In this document: in pieces, positions 52,624-62,852 of the stretch
How the letters are laid out: the number at the start of each line of letters is the position of its first letter
How positions within the stretch are numbered: position 1 is the stretch's first letter
Origin: an uncultured Acidobacteriota bacterium
Lineage (GTDB): Bacteria > Acidobacteriota > JAQAZP01
Assembly: GCA_963836075.1 (NCBI GenBank)
Contig: CAWIIB010000001.1
Span: forward strand, 1,952,001-2,016,000
Direction of reading: 5' to 3'
Length of the DNA stretch: 64,000 nt
The notes under the pieces: generated by a model
What the model was told of the DNA's origin: nothing
The model's database searches: none
What the model saw: the letters and a program-made list of their open reading frames with translations, nothing else
Translations under genes and position numbers: made by a program

Positions 52624-54852
52624 ATGGCGGATCGGCGGAACAGACGTCACGGTGCCCGGAAGCTGCTTCCACTGCTGCTGGTCCTGCTGCTCGGTGCGGC
52701 CTGGCCGGCAACGGCCCAGATCACCAACGGCGGATTCGAGACCGGCAGCCTCTCCGGCGGCTGGGTTACCGGCGGAGGCGACCGGGTGGAGGTGCTGGAA
52801 GGGGACGAGTTCAGACCGGACATCACCGCACCCGAGGGCGACTGGCTGGCGCTGCTCACCACCGGCCCCGGTGATATCTGGGGCGGTCCCAGCGGGGACT
52901 GGGACGGTAATGGCACCACCGACTACGACATGTCCACACTGAGCATCAGCTTCGACACCAGTGAGCCGGTGATGCTCAGTTTTCTCTGGGACTTCTTCAC
53001 CGCCGAAGAAGACCAGCCGGACCAGTACGACGACTATTTCATCGTCTCCCTCGACGGTGCAACGGTCCTGGCTCACAGTTCGTATCACCCGGGCGGGGGG
53101 TCGCCATTCCCGGACACACCTCCCTATGACGGCACCCGCTACCGGATCGACAGCAACGGCCAGGCGGACAACAACGATTTCCGCAGCGGCCGCTGCGGGG
53201 TGCAGCAGTTCCAGGTGACCATCGACACCCCCGGGACCCACACCCTGGTCTTTCTCATCGCCGACCAGGCCGATTCGCAATACGACAGCGGCCTGCTGAT
53301 CGACGACGTGTTTGTGGCGCCGCACACCGACCTCTGGATCACCAAGGACGACGGTGTGACAGTGGCCCTGCCCGGTCTGCCGCTGACCTATGTCATCACC
53401 GTGGGCAACGACGGCCCCAACGATGCGCCGGGCAGTCTGGTCACCGACATATTCCCGCCGGAACTGAACAACATCAGCTGGACCTGCGCCGCCACCGGCG
53501 GCGCCAGCTGCCCGGGGAGCGGCAGCGGCGACATCAACGAGCTGGTGGACCTGCCGGTGGGCTCCACGGTGACCTTCACCGTGGACACCACCGTCGATTC
53601 CGGCGCCTCGGGCACACTGAGCAATACCGCCACCGTGGATATCCCCCCCGGGATGTTCGACACCGACGACAGCAACAACAGCGCCACCGACACCGATTCC
53701 CTCGACCCCTCGCTGCTGCCGGTCCAGATAACCGATTCCAGCGGCGACAACGTGATCGTGAAGGACGGCGGGTGGCACTGGATCCCCATCGCCAACCACC
53801 AGGCCGCGCTCAGCGACAACGGAAGCGTCCTGGCCTTTGTCTCCAACGGCGACTTCACCGGGAACAATACCGATCTCGGATCCGAGATCTTTGTCCACAC
53901 CGACGGCGGGGATATCGAGCAGGTCACCGATGTCCCGGCGCCGGTGGCCTTTGACCACGCCGCAACCCCGGCCCTCTCGCGCAACGGACGCTGGCTGGTC
54001 TTCACCTCCACTGCCGACCTCACCGGCGGAAACCCGGACTGGAACCGCGAAGTCTTCCGCATGGACCGCAACAATGACAACGCGATAACGCAGGTCACCA
54101 GCACCACAACCGGAGAGCAGGGTAGCCCCACAGTGACGAACAACGGCCGGCGGATCTCCTTCACCACCACCGCATCCGACCTGATCAGCGGCTTCAATGC
54201 CGACGGCAACCAGGAGGTGGCGGTGTGGAACAACGGTGCGCTCCGCGGGTTCGAGTCCACGGGCTGCCACAACCACACACCGAGGATCAGCCGGCACAAC
54301 CAGGGGCGCTACGTGGCCTTCACCAGCAACGGCAACCTCACCGGGGACAACGCCGACATGAACAATGAGATCTTCCAGTGGCGCTGGGACCAGGGGGACA
54401 GCGGCATGAACCAGGTCACCGATTCCCAGGGCCTGCTCAACGATGTGGCCTGCACATCTCAGGACGGCAGCCTGCTGGCTTTTCTCTCCAACGCCGACTA
54501 CACCGGCCAGAACGGAGACAACAGTCTCGAGGTGTTCACCTGGGACCGCAACAGCGGCAACTTCACCCAGGTGACCGTCAGCAGCCAGCTGGTGCTGCAC
54601 ACCATGGTGGCCATGGACGACGATGAGGACTACCTGGCCGTGGAGCGGTTCAACATCCTCTCCGGCAGCTTCGAGATCCACCATATCGACCTGGGATCGG
54701 GCAGCTCCACCCTGGTGGTCAGCGGCGAGTCATTCCTGCCGACCATCGGAGTCAGCGGCTCGACAACGGTGGTGGCCTTCGAGTCGACGGAGGACTACGT
54801 GGGTCTGAACGGCGACGGGAACAGCGAAATCTGGATCGCCCGGGTGGAGTGA
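52624..54852 (+). CDS. Secreted protein: beta-sandwich + DUF11 + TolB-like beta-propeller
   Basis: ITNGGFETG, DLWITKDD…YVITVGNDGP…NNSATDT, repeats AFVSNGDFTG…NxEIF. Confidence 0.8.
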   Translation: MADRRNRRHGARKLLPLLLVLLLGAAWPATAQITNGGFETGSLSGGWVTGGGDRVEVLEGDEFRPDITAPEGDWLALLTTGPGDIWGGPSGDWDGNGTTDYDMSTLSISFDTSEPVMLSFLWDFFTAEEDQPDQYDDYFIVSLDGATVLAHSSYHPGGGSPFPDTPPYDGTRYRIDSNGQADNNDFRSGRCGVQQFQVTIDTPGTHTLVFLIADQADSQYDSGLLIDDVFVAPHTDLWITKDDGVTVALPGLPLTYVITVGNDGPNDAPGSLVTDIFPPELNNISWTCAATGGASCPGSGSGDINELVDLPVGSTVTFTVDTTVDSGASGTLSNTATVDIPPGMFDTDDSNNSATDTDSLDPSLLPVQITDSSGDNVIVKDGGWHWIPIANHQAALSDNGSVLAFVSNGDFTGNNTDLGSEIFVHTDGGDIEQVTDVPAPVAFDHAATPALSRNGRWLVFTSTADLTGGNPDWNREVFRMDRNNDNAITQVTSTTTGEQGSPTVTNNGRRISFTTTASDLISGFNADGNQEVAVWNNGALRGFESTGCHNHTPRISRHNQGRYVAFTSNGNLTGDNADMNNEIFQWRWDQGDSGMNQVTDSQGLLNDVACTSQDGSLLAFLSNADYTGQNGDNSLEVFTWDRNSGNFTQVTVSSQLVLHTMVAMDDDEDYLAVERFNILSGSFEIHHIDLGSGSSTLVVSGESFLPTIGVSGSTTVVAFESTEDYVGLNGDGNSEIWIARVE

Positions 54853-54868
54853 ATGCTGGGGCTCGCGA

Positions 54869-56248
54869 TCAGCACTCGGTGATGTTGATGGCCAGCCCGC
54901 CGGTGGATGTCTCCTTGTACTTGGACATCATGTCGCGCCCGGTCTGCTGCATGGTGCTGATCACCTGGTCCAGGGTGACATAGGAACGGCCCTGACGGCT
55001 GAGGGCGATGCGCGAGGCGGTGATGGCTTTGACCGCCGCCATGGCGTTCCGCTCGATGCAGGGGATCTGGACCAGGCCGTCAAAGGGGTCGCAGGTCAGA
55101 CCCAGATTGTGCTCCATGCCGATCTCGGCGGCGCTCTCCACCTGCCGGTTGGTGCCGCCCAGAGCCTGGGTCAGACCGGCGGCGGCCATGGAGCAGGCCA
55201 CACCCACTTCACCCTGACAACCGACCTCGGCGCCAGATATGGAGGCGTTGGTCTTGAACAGCAGGCCGACGGCGCCGGCCGCGAGGAGAAAGTCGTGGGC
55301 GCCCGTGCGATCGGACCCGCGGATGAACTTCTCGTAGTAGCGCAGCACCGCCGGCACCACACCGGCGGCGCCATTGGTGGGGGCGGTGACCACGCGCCCG
55401 CCGGCGGCATTTTCCTCGTTGACCGCCAGGGCATAAAGCGCGACCCAGTCGAGAATGATCAGCGGGTCGGTGAAGGCGGCCTCGTTCTGCCGTTGCAGGG
55501 ACTGATACAGCTCCGGCGCCCGCCGCCGCACGCGCATACACCCGGGCAGTTCACCGCCCACCTCGAAGCCGCGCTCGATACAGGCCATCATGGCGCCGCG
55601 GATGCGGTCGAGGTCGTCCTCCACCCCTGAGCCGGGCTGGCGCGCGGCCTCGTTTTCAAAGACCAGCCGGGCCACGGACAGGTCGGCATCCTGAGCCACC
55701 TGGAGCATTTGGTCAGCCGCACTGAAGGGCCGCGGCACCGCTATGGGATGTTTGATCAGATTGTCCGCCTCGGCCGTCTTGTGGCCGACGATGAAACCAC
55801 CCCCGATGGAATAGAACTTCTTGACGAAGATGGTTTCGCCGGCACCGTCAAACACCGTGAAGCGCATGCCGTTGGGGTGGAAGGGCAGCAGCTCGTCGGG
55901 TTTGAAGACGATGTCCTCGCCGGGCGCAAAGGCGATGGTCTGTTCCCCGTCAAGGGCAAGCTTTCCGGAGGCGACGACGGCTTCAAAGAGCGGCGTCTGC
56001 TCGGCCGGCTCGATGGTCTCCGGGTCCTGGCCCAACAGACCCCAGACCAGTGCACGGTCGGTGTGGTGGCCCTTGCCCGTGGAGGCCAGTGAACCGAAAA
56101 GTTCAACCTGAATGCGGGCGACGCGCTGGAAAAGACCGTGGTTTTTCAGCTTGCGGCAGAGGAATTTGGCCGCCCGCATGGGGCCCACGGTGTGCGAGCT
56201 GGAGGGACCGATACCGATCTTGTACAGGTCGAAAATGCTGAGATTCAT
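54869..56248 (-). CDS. sdaA: L-serine ammonia-lyase (Fe-S)
   Basis: [29 protein letters not shown]…[39 protein letters not shown]. Confidence 0.96.
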   Translation of the reverse strand: MNLSIFDLYKIGIGPSSSHTVGPMRAAKFLCRKLKNHGLFQRVARIQVELFGSLASTGKGHHTDRALVWGLLGQDPETIEPAEQTPLFEAVVASGKLALDGEQTIAFAPGEDIVFKPDELLPFHPNGMRFTVFDGAGETIFVKKFYSIGGGFIVGHKTAEADNLIKHPIAVPRPFSAADQMLQVAQDADLSVARLVFENEAARQPGSGVEDDLDRIRGAMMACIERGFEVGGELPGCMRVRRRAPELYQSLQRQNEAAFTDPLIILDWVALYALAVNEENAAGGRVVTAPTNGAAGVVPAVLRYYEKFIRGSDRTGAHDFLLAAGAVGLLFKTNASISGAEVGCQGEVGVACSMAAAGLTQALGGTNRQVESAAEIGMEHNLGLTCDPFDGLVQIPCIERNAMAAVKAITASRIALSRQGRSYVTLDQVISTMQQTGRDMMSKYKETSTGGLAINITEC

Positions 56249-56285
56249 CTGGGGAAGACGTCCTCTCTTTTGGTACTGGCCAGGT

Positions 56286-56768
56286 TCAAATCGAATGAAC
56301 CGTCTGGACGTCTCCCGTCCCCGGATCCGGAACACAGGTTCCCGCGGCGCTGCCGGTGTGCCCGGCCCGGTCCTGGAAGACCACCAGCGTATCCTGCTGC
56401 AGGTGCCGGATGATCCGGTCGGCCGCCTGCGGGTTGAGCGACCTCTTCAAGCCCGCCCGCACCACGGGCAGCATCTGCCGCAGGACTCGGTCAGCTTCCG
56501 TGGACGACGGCTCACTACGCCCGGCCTGGCTCGCATCCGCGACGGGTGCCGGGACCGGATCCAGGCCGTGGGCCTGCCGCCACTTGAGGATGGCGTCCAC
56601 AACACTTTGATCGATGCGGATGGTGAGGCGGGTGCCGCCACTGGCCGCCAGCACGTCTCCCGAGAGGGTGAAAAGCAGCAAAATGACTGCCAGCCAGGCC
56701 AGGTGAGAAGAACGTGCGGAACGATTCCTGACTGGAGAAATCCACCGAGGCAACCGGTCGAAACTCAT
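56286..56768 (-). CDS. Small exported hypothetical protein
   Basis: GAGG RBS, hydrophobic signal-like segment LAWLAVILLLFTL…VLA; no family recognised. Confidence 0.4.
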   Translation of the reverse strand: MSFDRLPRWISPVRNRSARSSHLAWLAVILLLFTLSGDVLAASGGTRLTIRIDQSVVDAILKWRQAHGLDPVPAPVADASQAGRSEPSSTEADRVLRQMLPVVRAGLKRSLNPQAADRIIRHLQQDTLVVFQDRAGHTGSAAGTCVPDPGTGDVQTVHSI

Positions 56769-56955
56769 GACCTCAACCTCCGTCAACAGATAGAGAGAGA
56801 CTCCTGCGACTCTCGTTGACGTGGGGGTTGATGAATTGAAACTACTATATTTGTTATGGCACTCGCCCGCGAGAATGCGGCCCGGGCCGAGATGTGCGAT
56901 AATAATACACGTTTTAACCGATCCCGTCGACAACAAACACAAAAGCCTGGCCACC

Positions 56956-59955
56956 ATGCCCCAGACCGCACAACGCCCCGTCCCCCTGCCCGCCGGTTAC
57001 GGCACCCTGGTGGCGGCGGCCGCCGGATTCTACAGCCTGGGGCTCCTCGCCCTGGCCGCCCCGCACACGGGGCCCGGGTTCCACTGGGACGGGAACATCA
57101 TTTCCCGGGCCGTGCTGCTGGCCTACCCCAAGGGACGTGAAACCGTCATCTATCTGCTGGCCTGCCTGCTGGTGCCGCTGTTCTCTTTCACCGCGGTGTG
57201 CATCTGGCGCCGCCTGGCCTCCCGCGGATCCCCCCGTCTGGATGCCCTGGCCCACCTGCCGCTGGCCGCCTGGGCCGGGTTTCTCTGCACCGGGCGCGGA
57301 CCGTTGTGGGCCTGGCTGCTGGGCGCCCTGCTGGCCCATCTGCTGCTGCGCCTGGCCCTGCTGACGGCCGGCCGCCGGGACGCACCACCAGCGGCGGAAC
57401 AGACCCTGACCGACGCTGCAGCCCCTGTGGATCTGGCCTGGTCCACGGCCTGGGCCCGTCTGATCCTCGCCGGCACCGCCTGCGGCCTGACCCTCTTCCC
57501 CCGGCTCGGCGCAGCCATGGACCCCAAGCTCGCCGCCATGAGCCGGACACTGCTCGGCACGGCACTGCTCATCACGCTCTGGCTGGTCCTGGCCGCCCTG
57601 CCCCTCCCCCGCGTGGGCCGGACACTGCGCCGGCGGGCCATAGCCCTCTCCTGGTGCTTTCTCCCGCTGGTCCTGCTGCTTCTGCGGCACTTCATGCCCT
57701 ACGACCGGACGCTCTTTCCCTGGCTCGCCGCGGCCGTCTTTTCCGCTTCGGTGGTCTGGCTGGCAGTTCAGCTGCTCCGCCGTCGCAACGAGGAGGCACC
57801 ACGGCCGGGACGCTTCCGGGGGTTCTGGTGGATCGTCGTGCCGCTGTCCATCTACGCCATCGGCTACATCCACGAGACCGCCGGCCGGGTGGACCTCTAT
57901 CACGAGGGGGAACGGATCGTGCCACCCATGGCCACCAGCCGCGGGGCGGTGCCCTACCGCGATGTCTTCCTCTGGCACGGGCTGTTCGAGAACGACCTCA
58001 AGGGACGGTTGGCCTTCGGGCTGGTGGAGGAGTCGGTGGCCGGCATGCGCCGTTTCGATGCGATCCTGGAACCGTTGGCCGCGGTGGCCTTTTTGCTGCT
58101 CGCCCGGGCCTGTCTCGGTTCACCGCTGGGCGGTCTGGCCGCGGTACTGCTCCTGTTGCACTGGGTGGCGCCACCCAATGTGCGCTACATTTTGCCCTAC
58201 CTCGCCTTTGCCCTGCTGGCCGGCTGGTTGCGGGACAGGGGACAGGACACGACCAGACCGGCCGCGGCTGGAGCACTGGCCGCACTGGCCGTCTTCCACA
58301 GTCTCGACGGGGGGATGGGCGCGCTGCTCTCCGCGGCGCTGATCCTCGGCTACGGGGCCCTCCGCTTCCCCCAGGGGAACCTCTACGACCGGGCCTCCCG
58401 GGCAGGAAAACAGGCCGGCGCGTTCATTGCCGGGGCCGCAGCCGGGGCGCTGGTCCCGCTCACCTGGTTGATGACCCAGGAAGCGCTGATTCCCTTTTTC
58501 CGGGTGAGCAGCGAGATCGTCTTTGGCCTCTCCGACCGTTCTTCCCATCCCTACGCCACCCTGATGCCGGTACTGGGGCAGCCGGCCAAAATGTTGGTCA
58601 CCTATCTGCCGGCCATGGTGATCCTCTGGGGGCTGGGCCACCTGGCGTCGCGCAGCCCGGCCTGGAGTCTGCGCCGGGCCGTGCCCGCGCTGGCCGTGCC
58701 GCTGGCCGGGGCGCTGGTCTTCTACCGTGCCGTGATCCGCCGGCCGGACATGGACCACGTGATCAAAATGACCCCGCTGATCTTCCTCGTCCTGCTGATG
58801 CTCATCGTGCACCACGGAGCGGGGCTGTTCGCCGCCCGCGGCAGGCCGGCACGCCGGGCACTGTCACTGGCCGCGCTGGTGCCGTTGACCGGTCTGCTGG
58901 TCCTCCTCGGGCTGTACCAGGCGGAGACCGCGCCGGGCCGCTCGATTCAGGCACTGAAGCGCGAACCGCCGCTGATCTCCGGACCGGACGAACCGATGCG
59001 TGAACTGCGCTTGGATCGCGCCGGGTACGGGGTGGCCGACGTGGAGCACTCGGCCCGCTGGATCGAAGGCGTGACCGGCTTCCTGCACCGGCACCTCGAC
59101 CCGGGGGAGCCGTTCTATGACTTCACCAACATGGGGCTGTTCTATTTCCTCGCCGACCGGCCCTGTCCCACCCGCTATGTCCAGACCACCTACGCCGCCT
59201 CCCTCGAAGCCCAACAGGAGGTGGTGGCTGACCTCCAGGAGCAGCGGCCCCGCTTTGTCACCTTCCCCTCGGGAAACATGCGGAAATACGACTACGACCG
59301 GATCCTCCACCCGCTGCGCCAGCCCTTGATCACGCGCCACCTCTACCGGCACTACCGGCCGTTCACCGTGATCGGCGACACGATTTTGCTGGTCCGCGAA
59401 GATGAGCCGGGGCATCCGCGCACCGAGGAGCTGGAGGTCTTCCTCGAACACGAGTCCTTTGCCTCGCACCTGGGCCAGTTGCCGCGGCTCTTCGCCCGGA
59501 CACCGGTGAGCCACGCCACGGTACGGGAGTGGGGCGCTGCCGCCATCGCCAAACAGTGGCGCCGCCGCGGTCCGGTCCGGACCGCCTCACGGGTGGAGGG
59601 GGAGAGCTTTGTCTTCACCACCGGCAATCATGCCAGGCAGCCGCGGCTCACCTCCCCGCCCCTGGACCTCGACCCGGCCGCCGCCGACGCCCTGGTCCTC
59701 CGCCTCTCCGCCGACGAAGACCTGGAAGTGGACATCCACTACCGTCCGGCGACCGACGTTCATTTCACCAACCGGGCCCGGGTCTCCTTCGTCGTCACCG
59801 GAGACGGTACGGCCCGCGACTACCGGGTGGACCTGGGCCTGATGCCCAACTGGGCCTGGCGCGGCCCGGTGGCCGCGATCCAGATCCGGATCAAGGAGAA
59901 AGCCGGCCCCCTGCGCATCGAACGGATCAGCCTGATCAGGTTTGCCGCGGAGTAG
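56956..59955 (+). CDS. Large polytopic membrane protein, GT-C-like, with C-terminal carbohydrate-binding-like domain
   Basis: Many TM helices; DLYHEGE…GAVPYRDVFLWHG; FYFLADRPCPTRY; C-terminal YRVDL…NWAWRGPVAAIQI. Confidence 0.65.
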   Translation: MPQTAQRPVPLPAGYGTLVAAAAGFYSLGLLALAAPHTGPGFHWDGNIISRAVLLAYPKGRETVIYLLACLLVPLFSFTAVCIWRRLASRGSPRLDALAHLPLAAWAGFLCTGRGPLWAWLLGALLAHLLLRLALLTAGRRDAPPAAEQTLTDAAAPVDLAWSTAWARLILAGTACGLTLFPRLGAAMDPKLAAMSRTLLGTALLITLWLVLAALPLPRVGRTLRRRAIALSWCFLPLVLLLLRHFMPYDRTLFPWLAAAVFSASVVWLAVQLLRRRNEEAPRPGRFRGFWWIVVPLSIYAIGYIHETAGRVDLYHEGERIVPPMATSRGAVPYRDVFLWHGLFENDLKGRLAFGLVEESVAGMRRFDAILEPLAAVAFLLLARACLGSPLGGLAAVLLLLHWVAPPNVRYILPYLAFALLAGWLRDRGQDTTRPAAAGALAALAVFHSLDGGMGALLSAALILGYGALRFPQGNLYDRASRAGKQAGAFIAGAAAGALVPLTWLMTQEALIPFFRVSSEIVFGLSDRSSHPYATLMPVLGQPAKMLVTYLPAMVILWGLGHLASRSPAWSLRRAVPALAVPLAGALVFYRAVIRRPDMDHVIKMTPLIFLVLLMLIVHHGAGLFAARGRPARRALSLAALVPLTGLLVLLGLYQAETAPGRSIQALKREPPLISGPDEPMRELRLDRAGYGVADVEHSARWIEGVTGFLHRHLDPGEPFYDFTNMGLFYFLADRPCPTRYVQTTYAASLEAQQEVVADLQEQRPRFVTFPSGNMRKYDYDRILHPLRQPLITRHLYRHYRPFTVIGDTILLVREDEPGHPRTEELEVFLEHESFASHLGQLPRLFARTPVSHATVREWGAAAIAKQWRRRGPVRTASRVEGESFVFTTGNHARQPRLTSPPLDLDPAAADALVLRLSADEDLEVDIHYRPATDVHFTNRARVSFVVTGDGTARDYRVDLGLMPNWAWRGPVAAIQIRIKEKAGPLRIERISLIRFAAE

Positions 59956-59981
59956 AACCGTTCTCGTTTCCAGATGTACAC

Positions 59982-60023
59982 AAAAAGCGGGACGAAACAC
60001 CGGCCGGCACCCCATCCCGCTTT
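59982..60023 (-). terminator. Rho-independent terminator of the RRM gene
   Basis: Minus strand GCGGGATGGGGTGCC-GGCC-GGTGTTTCGTCCCGC-TTTTT (with G-U pairs). Confidence 0.75.
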
Positions 60024-60045
60024 GATATACGAATCGGCTACAAGC

Positions 60046-60312
60046 CTACCACCGCTGGGACCGCTCCTCCCGCGGGCGGGCTTCGTTGACCCGGATGTTG
60101 CGGCCGCCGAGATCGGTGCCGTCCAGTTCCTGGATCGCCTTGTCGGCGCCCTCGTCGTCCATCTCCACGAAACCGAAGCCGCGGGGGCGGCCGGTGTCGC
60201 GGTCGGTGATCAGTCTCACCGACTCGACGGTGCCATACTGGGAAAACAGTTCGCTAACATCACCTTCGGAAGAGGTGAAGGGGAGATTGCCGATATAGAG
60301 ATTCTTGGACAT
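60046..60312 (-). CDS. RRM RNA-binding protein
   Basis: RNP2 LYIGNL, RNP1 RGFGFVEM, GRNIRVNEARPRE. Confidence 0.95.
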   Translation of the reverse strand: MSKNLYIGNLPFTSSEGDVSELFSQYGTVESVRLITDRDTGRPRGFGFVEMDDEGADKAIQELDGTDLGGRNIRVNEARPREERSQRW

Positions 60313-60697
60313 TGTTCTCGCTTCCTTGAAAAAAATACGCTGTCTTCATCCAGCCGGAAGCAGCGAGGCTGCCGGCTGCTCACTCTACCTGCGCTGGTTC
60401 TCCTTTCCGAGCACGCCCGACCTCAGCCGCCCACGGGTCCACGGATCATGGCCAAGACGACACCTTGTTGGGACAGGGGTCCGGGCCGGGCACCGCCCCC
60501 GGTGTCGTCGCCGCACGGTCTCTGGATTCGCAGCCGGGAAGAGCAAGGAGGGATTGGCGTCGCCTCGTTCTCTGCGTGCATCGGACCGGGAAGTCAGAAG
60601 ACCTGATTGCCAATGTGCCGGTGGAGACTCACCGCCTCCCCGAGCGTCAAGAAAAGAATAGGACATCTCAGGTCCGCAGTCAATCACCTCCAGCAGC

Positions 60698-62473
60698 TCA
60701 GGGCGCCACCCCGGTAACCGTGCAGACCGCGCTGGCCGTGTCGCCGGCCGGCGGGTAAGGCGGCTGGTTGTAAGGCGCCACGGTGATGTCCTCCACCGAG
60801 AGGGTGAAGACGTTGTTCCCCACCACCGACCCCAGGGCCGGGATGGTGGTGTTCCACACCGCATCGTAGCTTGCTCCGGCAGCCACATTGGTCCACCCGG
60901 CCCGCCAGGAGCCGAAGGAGGCGCCGCCGGCCAGGGCCACATCCATCCGCCCGGCGATCCTTCTGGACTGCCCGCTGTACAGGTTCCCCAGGCTGACAGT
61001 CATCTGGGTGGTGAAAGGCACGGTGCCCGCAGACGGCAGGCAGGTCAGCGACGCCGCGACCGTGTCAGTCACCGCCGGCCGCAGACCGGCCACCTCGGCC
61101 AGGGTGGCGGCACAGGCCTGGGAGATCTCGTAGCCGATGTGGGCCGTGGCCGCCACATTGGCCCAGGTGTCCGAGGTCTGGTGGTAGTGGGGGTAGGAAC
61201 CCCAGTCCCAGTCGATGGCCAGGAAGGCCGGGATGCCCGCCTGCTGGAAGGGCACGTGGTCGCTGCCCCAGCTGTAGTAGTCCTTGCGGCTGCTCAGCGT
61301 GGTGTAGTCGGCCACCGCGTCCTCCATCACGCTCATCAGTGCCTCCCACTCGGTCTCGCCCTCGATGAGCACCCCGTAGTGCGAGCTGTAATAGGTCACC
61401 ATGTCGGCAGTGATCGCCGAGACGATCACCCGGCCGGCGGCGATGGCCTCGTCGACGAAGTGCTCGCTGCCGTTGAGACCCTGCTCTTCGCAGTCGAAGA
61501 GCACGAACTGCACCGAACGGTCGAAGTCGTAACCCGCGGCCATCCGTGCGATCTCCATCACCAGGCAGGAGCCCGACCCGTTGTCCTCGGCCCCCGGGGC
61601 CAGGGTGGACGCCTGGGGACTGGTGGAGTCGTAGTGCGCTCCCAGCACCACGTACTCGTCAGGGGTGGTCACACCGGTTTTCGTGGCCACCACATTGCGG
61701 CAGGGCTGGCCGTTGAAATAGAAGCTCTCGAACTCCACGGTGTAGCCGTAGTCTTCCAGTATCCCGAAGAGATAGTCCCCCACCAGGTTTTTGGCGGTGG
61801 TGGAGTAGTAGCGCGTGCTCACCGAGTGCCAGTTGCCGTTGTACCAGAAACTGGCGGCCCCGGTGATCTCCTGCAGCATCAACTGGAAGGCCGACTCGTC
61901 ACCTTCGGCCAGAAAGGCGGCCACGTCCACCGGATCGGCCAGCCGGCTGCCGCCGGTACGGCCCACCGATTCTGTCAGCCGTTCCCCGTAGCCCTCCCAG
62001 CCGGCCGGCGGCGGGTCAAGGGGGATGCGCTGCATCCGGAACTGCTGGCCCGGGAAATCGTCCAGCGCACCAGCCGGCACCTCCAGCAGGGCAAAACCGC
62101 CATCCCGGAGATGCACCATCCCGAACTGCTCCAGACTCCTGATGGTTGTCATCTGGGGCTCGCTCCCCGCCCGCAAGGGCCTCGCATCCACCAGGAACCA
62201 CTGGCTCCGCGGGTAGGCCGCAACAAAGGGTTCGCCGGAAACCACTGCCCCGCTCTCCCCCAGGCGGTCGGCCAGCAACAGGCCGCCGGGCAAATCCCAG
62301 GCGAGCAGGGCCACCGACGGCTCGAGGGCGAGCTTCTCCACCGCTCCGGCGCGGTCAAGGCCGGGCAGGTATGAGATGCCTGAGGCCGAGGCCACGGCCG
62401 GAATCAGCAGGATCAGGGCGGACAGGACGACCACCGGCACTGCGGCCGGGAACGGGATACGACGTTGGAACAT
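60698..62473 (-). CDS. Secreted M28 metallopeptidase with the shared 121-aa C-terminal domain
   Basis: GAGGAG RBS, signal peptide, NVVA, GAHYDS, PGAEDNGSG, EEQGLNGS, SDHVPF, YHQTSDT. Confidence 0.92.
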   Translation of the reverse strand: MFQRRIPFPAAVPVVVLSALILLIPAVASASGISYLPGLDRAGAVEKLALEPSVALLAWDLPGGLLLADRLGESGAVVSGEPFVAAYPRSQWFLVDARPLRAGSEPQMTTIRSLEQFGMVHLRDGGFALLEVPAGALDDFPGQQFRMQRIPLDPPPAGWEGYGERLTESVGRTGGSRLADPVDVAAFLAEGDESAFQLMLQEITGAASFWYNGNWHSVSTRYYSTTAKNLVGDYLFGILEDYGYTVEFESFYFNGQPCRNVVATKTGVTTPDEYVVLGAHYDSTSPQASTLAPGAEDNGSGSCLVMEIARMAAGYDFDRSVQFVLFDCEEQGLNGSEHFVDEAIAAGRVIVSAITADMVTYYSSHYGVLIEGETEWEALMSVMEDAVADYTTLSSRKDYYSWGSDHVPFQQAGIPAFLAIDWDWGSYPHYHQTSDTWANVAATAHIGYEISQACAATLAEVAGLRPAVTDTVAASLTCLPSAGTVPFTTQMTVSLGNLYSGQSRRIAGRMDVALAGGASFGSWRAGWTNVAAGASYDAVWNTTIPALGSVVGNNVFTLSVEDITVAPYNQPPYPPAGDTASAVCTVTGVAP

Positions 62474-62604
62474 GGTACTCCTCGTGAAATCAGATAAGGG
62501 GCAAGGCAACCAGGCAGGAACAACCACGGCGGCGAAACTGCCTTTCCATACTATAGGTCCTGAAATCGACTCAGTCCACAAACGCGCCTGCTATTAATGG
62601 GGTG

Positions 62605-62643
62605 GGTGCGGCCGCTCGGGGATACTCCCCAAGCAGCCGCACC
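62605..62643 (-). promoter_or_regulatory. 18-bp RNA hairpin downstream of a TATAAT box, upstream of the M28 gene
   Basis: GGTGCGGCTGCTTGGGGA-GTA-TCCCCGAGCGGCCGCACC pairs fully only on the minus strand (two G-U pairs). Confidence 0.5.
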
Positions 62644-62852
62644 GGAACCTTGAGAGCTCCTCCTATCCATATTATACCTTGCGATTTTATATGAATTGAT
62701 AAATCTCGCAACCGAACCTCCCCCGGCATGGCAGATTCTGAATTTTTCGCCCCTGTCTCGTCCCGATACCGTTAATCGGGTATAATTGATGGTCAATAGT
62801 CGAATCCGGAACAGGTATAAACCGAACGTACCACTTCCCCTTTGAGGTCACC

